Part shown: positions 60,396-64,000 of the stretch, piece after piece | Layout of the letters: the number at the start of each line of letters is the position of its first letter | Position numbering within the stretch: position 1 is the first letter of the stretch | Origin: Alphaproteobacteria bacterium | GTDB taxonomy: Bacteria > Pseudomonadota > Alphaproteobacteria > SP197 | Assembly (NCBI GenBank): GCA_964291265.2 | Contig: OZ219747.1 | Location: 992,001 to 1,056,000 of the forward strand | Direction of reading: 5' to 3' | Length of the DNA: 64,000 bases | The notes under the pieces: generated by a model | The model's input: only the letters and a program-made list of their open reading frames with translations | The model's database searches: none | Told to the model about the DNA's origin: nothing | Position numbers and translations under genes: made by a program

Positions 60396-60929
60396 ATGGA
60401 GACGGACCGCGGCGGCAGCGGCGTGCGGATCAGGGTCGGAACGAAGGTCGAGTTGAGAAACGGCGGGCGGGCATGGGGCTGGGGCGAGGTGACGAAGCTG
60501 CTGCCGGCTGGCGAGGTCGGGATCCGGCGCCTCGACGAGGACGAGGCGTATGTGGCGGCCGTCGAGGAGGCTGGCGACGAGGTCTACGTCGACAGCTGGT
60601 CGAGCGAGGTCCGGCGCCTCATGGAGGAACGGTGGAGGCGCCTTGCGGAACCGGCGGAGGTCGATCACTACGATCTCGAGGGCTTCGGGCCGATCAGGGT
60701 CGGCACGAAGCTCGAGGTTCGGGACGGAACCGGGGATGACGGGGAACTGGACTGGGGCGAGGTGACGAAGCTGCTGGCAGACCGGCGGGTGGAGCTCCAC
60801 TGGTACGTCGACCAGGACAGGTTCATCGGCGAGATCGATGACTGCTCCGATCTCTTCGTCGACGACTGGTCGGGCGAGGTCTACGACATCCTCCGCAGAC
60901 AGGCGCGGGCTGGCCATGGCCAGGTCTGA
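60396..60929 (+). CDS. Hypothetical protein, two RVGTK/WGEVTKLL domains
   Basis: Two internal repeats RVGTK...WGEVTKLL...D.WS.EV. Confidence 0.75.
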   Translation: METDRGGSGVRIRVGTKVELRNGGRAWGWGEVTKLLPAGEVGIRRLDEDEAYVAAVEEAGDEVYVDSWSSEVRRLMEERWRRLAEPAEVDHYDLEGFGPIRVGTKLEVRDGTGDDGELDWGEVTKLLADRRVELHWYVDQDRFIGEIDDCSDLFVDDWSGEVYDILRRQARAGHGQV

Positions 60930-62268
60930 CATCCACGCCGAGATCACGGCCGGCATCGTGGAGCAGCTGCGCCAGGGCGTGCGGCCCTGGGTGATGCCCT
61001 GGAGCGATGGCGACAAGCTCGCGCCGGCTGGCGTCGACCTGCCGTTGCGGGACAACGGCAATCCCTACAACGGAGTGAATGTCCTCGCTCTGTGGGCGGC
61101 GGCGGCGGCGCGGGGCTACAAGGCGCCGACCTGGATGACCTTCAACCAGGCGAGGCGGCACGGTGGCCAGGTGAGGAAGGGCGAGACCGGTGAGACGGTT
61201 GTCTATGCGAAGACCTACCCCAAGCGCAAGCGGGACCCCGTGACCGATGAGGAGACGGTGGAGACGGTCGGGTTCCTGAAGCGCTACCGGGTGTTCAACG
61301 TCGAGCAGATCGAGGGTCTCGGCGAGCGCTGGTACCGCTCCCATGCCGAGATCCGACCGCTGAACCCGGACCGGCGAAACGTCGCCCTCGACTCCTTCTT
61401 CGCATCCCTGGGCATCGAAATCCGTCACCACGGGAACAATGCCTTCTATGTCCTCGCCGAGGACCACATCCAGATGCCGCCGTTCGAACTCTTCGACGAC
61501 GCGGCGGCCTACTACGCGACGCTGGCCCATGAATCGATCCACTGGACGCGCCATGCGAGCCGCCTCGACCGCAGGTTCAGGGGCGGCGCCGGCGTGGCCT
61601 ATGCGAAGGAGGAGCTGGTCGCGGAGATCGGCTCCGCCTTCCTCTCGGTCGAGCTCGGTATCGCGCCCACTCTGCGGCAGGACCATGCCGACTACATCGG
61701 CGCCTGGCTCAGGGTTCTCGAGGACGACAGCAAGGCGATCTTCCGCGCCGCCAGTCATGCGAGCAAGGCGGCGGCGTGGATCATGTCGCATGGCGAGGTC
61801 GAGGCCCTGCGCCTCGGCGTGTCCCGTGAGGCGGCGCAAGCTGCGGGCGAGGCCCAGGGCGCGATGCCGGCATGGCCGGATCACGGCGTGCCGGCGGGCG
61901 CCGTGCAAGGCAGTCTCTTTCGCGCCCGCCCCGGGGACATCGCGCGCCTGGCGGCGGCGCGGGAGGCTCGGCGGTTCGTCGTCGACGCGCTTGCGTTCCG
62001 CGATCAGGCGGCGCCGGGTGACGTGGGCGGCGCCTGGCGCGGCGAGGCGGCGCGGCTCCTCGCCGTCGCCGATTCCATCGACCTCGCGGTTCCCGGCGTC
62101 GCCGCCGCCATCGAGGCCGAGGCGGCCGTGGCGGGCGCCGCGCCAGGCGATGCCGTCGGCGCCTGGCGCTTCATCGCGGATTTCCGCGAGGCGACCGAAC
62201 GGCGCCTGCGGATGATCGATCTGACGGAAGGCCGTCAGCAGACCATGGGCGGCGGAGTCCGCCTCTAG
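60916..62268 (+). CDS. ardC: ArdC-family ssDNA-binding/antirestriction protein with ~130-aa C-terminal extension
   Basis: G.RPWVMPW, YNGVNVLALW, WMTFNQA...GGQVRKGE, VFNVEQI, AFY...DHIQMP, LAHESIHWT, YAKEELVAEIGSAFL, HADYIGAW. Confidence 0.92.
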   Translation: MARSDIHAEITAGIVEQLRQGVRPWVMPWSDGDKLAPAGVDLPLRDNGNPYNGVNVLALWAAAAARGYKAPTWMTFNQARRHGGQVRKGETGETVVYAKTYPKRKRDPVTDEETVETVGFLKRYRVFNVEQIEGLGERWYRSHAEIRPLNPDRRNVALDSFFASLGIEIRHHGNNAFYVLAEDHIQMPPFELFDDAAAYYATLAHESIHWTRHASRLDRRFRGGAGVAYAKEELVAEIGSAFLSVELGIAPTLRQDHADYIGAWLRVLEDDSKAIFRAASHASKAAAWIMSHGEVEALRLGVSREAAQAAGEAQGAMPAWPDHGVPAGAVQGSLFRARPGDIARLAAAREARRFVVDALAFRDQAAPGDVGGAWRGEAARLLAVADSIDLAVPGVAAAIEAEAAVAGAAPGDAVGAWRFIADFREATERRLRMIDLTEGRQQTMGGGVRL

Positions 62269-62342
62269 ACGACAGGAGAAGAACCATGGAGAGCATGCGT
62301 GAGTTCAGCGACAGGATCGCGGACACACTGGAATCGGGAGAC
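62170..62342. repeat. 173-bp junction repeat, copy 1 (copy 2 at 63426-63598; 5 mismatches counted by eye)
   Basis: Covers the last codons of one ardC-like gene, stop, RBS and first codons of the next; period 1256 bp. Confidence 0.92.
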
Positions 62343-63524
62343 GCTTGGTGGCGGAGGATCGAGCCGGAGCCGGGACTGCCTATGCGGTTCGACGGGCAGG
62401 CCTTTGACGGGGCCAGCGTCCTCTCGCTGTGGATGACGGGGAACGAGAAGGGGTTCGAGAGGCCCACCTGGCTCGGCTGGGAGCGGATCGACGAGATGGG
62501 TGGACGCCTGAAGGCGGGCGCGACGCCTGGGACGGCATGGCTGCGCGTCCGCAGTCCGCGGCGCCTGTTCGGACTGGTCGGCGGCCGAGAAGACGTCGAG
62601 GTGTGGCAGCCGAGCGAAGTCTGGTGCGTCGACGAGATCGACGGTCTTCCGGACCACCTTTACCGCAGGGCGGAGGAATTCCGCACGCCCGCGCCGGACC
62701 CCGGCGAAGTGCGGCGGGACGACTGGCCCCGGGAAGTCCTCGACGAGGTCCTGTTCGAGTGGGGCGGTCTGCCTGAAGAGCGCTGGGAGGACGCGGTGGG
62801 CAACGCGGCGCGCGTGCTCGTCGGGCGCGGCGATGACGGCGAAGCGCCGGGGTGGATGAGCGGTCTACACAACCTTCGATGGGCGGAGACGGGACTGATG
62901 GCGGAGTTCGGCGCGGCGTTCATTCTGGCGGAGTTCGGCATCACCACCCGCCAACTGGAGCCGTGGGGCTGGCCTGGCTGGGCTGGGGATGTGGTGGTGG
63001 GGATCAGGGGTGACGAGCGAGTGGTGTTCCGGGCGACGGCGGCGGCCGCAGGCGCGGTCGAGTGGTTGCGGTGCCATGCCCCTGGATACAGAGCGTTCGG
63101 GGCCCTGCCCGCGGTGCAAGCGACCTGGGACGGCAGGATGCCGGGGCCGGTGCAGACGGCGGACGAGGTCTTGCGGATGGTCCCCGATCAGATGGCGGCG
63201 TTCCACGCCGTCAGTGACGCTCGGGCGGTGACCTGCGAAGCCCTGGCGGCCCGGCAACAGTCGGTGGTGGCCGGCGGCGACAGTGGTGCGTGGCGGGCCC
63301 ACGCCGACGACCTCGTCCGGAAGGTCGCGCTCCTTGATCTGGACGCTCCCGGGGTGCGCGCGGCCGTCGAGGCCGAGGTGGCGCTGGCTGCCGGGAAGCC
63401 GGACGAGGTCGTCAGCGCCGAGACGTTCGTCGCGGACTTCCGCGAGGCGACCGAACGGCGCCTGCGGATGTTCGATCTGACGGAAGGCCGTCAGCAGACC
63501 ATGGGCGGCGGAGTCCGCCTCTAG
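62286..63524 (+). CDS. Divergent ArdC-like paralog 2 (HExxH lost)
   Basis: F.G.SVLSLW, PTWL....GGRLKAG, VW.VDEIDGL, LMAEFGAAFI..E.GI, VVFRA..AA..A..W align to ArdC; same C-terminus. Confidence 0.8.
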   Translation: MESMREFSDRIADTLESGDAWWRRIEPEPGLPMRFDGQAFDGASVLSLWMTGNEKGFERPTWLGWERIDEMGGRLKAGATPGTAWLRVRSPRRLFGLVGGREDVEVWQPSEVWCVDEIDGLPDHLYRRAEEFRTPAPDPGEVRRDDWPREVLDEVLFEWGGLPEERWEDAVGNAARVLVGRGDDGEAPGWMSGLHNLRWAETGLMAEFGAAFILAEFGITTRQLEPWGWPGWAGDVVVGIRGDERVVFRATAAAAGAVEWLRCHAPGYRAFGALPAVQATWDGRMPGPVQTADEVLRMVPDQMAAFHAVSDARAVTCEALAARQQSVVAGGDSGAWRAHADDLVRKVALLDLDAPGVRAAVEAEVALAAGKPDEVVSAETFVADFREATERRLRMFDLTEGRQQTMGGGVRL

Positions 63525-63598
63525 ACGACAGGAGAAGAACCATGGAGAGCATGCGTGAGTTCAGCGACAGGATCGTGGACGCACTGGAATCGGGAGAC
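63426..63598. repeat. 173-bp junction repeat, copy 2
   Basis: See copy 1. Confidence 0.92.
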
Positions 63599-64000
63599 AT
63601 TCCGTGGCATGCGGCCGCGGCGGGGATGGGATTGTCGAGGCGGTTCGACGGGCAGGCCTTTGACGGGGCCAGCGTCATCGCGCTGTGGATGACGGGAACC
63701 GAGAAGGGGTTCGAGAGGCCCACCTGGCTCGGCCGGGAGCGGATCGACGAGATGGGCGGACGCCTGAAGGCGGGCGCGACGCCGGGGACGGCATTCCTGC
63801 GCGTCCGCCGTCCGTGCCGCCTGCCCGGACCGGAAGGCGGCTTCGCCACCACCGAGGCATGGCGGCCTCGCGATGTCTGGTGCGTCGACGAGGTCGACGG
63901 TCTTCCGGACCACCTTTACCGGCGGGCGGAGGAGTTTCTCGTGCCGCCGGCCACGGAGGAGGAACTGTGGGATCACGTCGAGCTGGAGGAAGGCTATGGC
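63542..64000 (+). CDS. Divergent ArdC-like paralog 3, truncated by window end
   Basis: MESMREFSDRIVDALESGDIPW...FDGQAFDGASVIALW...PTWLG...VWCVDEVDGLPDHLYRRAEEF; open to the edge. Confidence 0.8.
   Translation, partial: MESMREFSDRIVDALESGDIPWHAAAAGMGLSRRFDGQAFDGASVIALWMTGTEKGFERPTWLGRERIDEMGGRLKAGATPGTAFLRVRRPCRLPGPEGGFATTEAWRPRDVWCVDEVDGLPDHLYRRAEEFLVPPATEEELWDHVELEEGYG

Larger units (their letters stand above)
41152..64000. mobile_element. Putative integrated plasmid/ICE-like element downstream of tRNA-Arg; right end outside window
   Basis: Abrupt switch from core genes to repC, serine recombinase, parA, relaxase and ardC genes; looks more GC-rich by eye. No second att copy seen. Confidence 0.85.

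Noticed and set aside
60187-60776. Identical 25-bp repeats as a CRISPR array
   Set aside because: Spacing is 273-292 bp, the repeats are in-frame coding motifs, and no cas genes are present.
62170-63598. ArdC repeats as a diversity-generating retroelement or integron cassettes
   Set aside because: No reverse transcriptase or integron integrase in the window, mismatches are not confined to adenines of one template copy, and no attC-like palindrome was seen.

Overview
GC-rich alphaproteobacterial chromosome segment; gene order looks Rhodospirillales-like (inference). 1-41 kb is a housekeeping backbone: phbA thiolase, PHA synthase-like hydrolase and phaR, omega-aminotransferase, scpA-meaB, rpmB, cobST, DnaJ-domain gene, bolA, aroKB, xerD, malyl-CoA lyase, accA and tRNA-Arg(ACG). 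Three accessory patches interrupt it. (i) 0.65-11.4 kb decaying island: one gene split by IS1634 and ISAs1 insertions with intact target duplications, an ISNCY-like fragment, a triple-frameshifted fixL, intact fixJ and an hsp20. (ii) A HigB / HigA-ImmA toxin-antitoxin locus. (iii) A polyamine-binding protein, an amine-oxidase pseudogene and an ISAs1 remnant. From the tRNA-Arg 3' end to beyond the window edge lies a putative integrated plasmid/ICE-like element with an unusual parts list: solo RepC with a duplicated C-terminal domain and a candidate antisense-RNA leader, a large serine recombinase, a ParA + ribbon-helix-helix partition cassette bracketed by TTGCGCAA arrays, class II ribonucleotide reductase plus a deoxyribosyltransferase-fold fusion, a MOBF oriT candidate, a 1961-aa relaxase-helicase-primase, a small repeated beta-domain family, and a tandem array of at least 3 diversified ArdC-like genes joined by near-identical 173-bp junctions. 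All family calls come from motif recognition by eye; no database searches were run.
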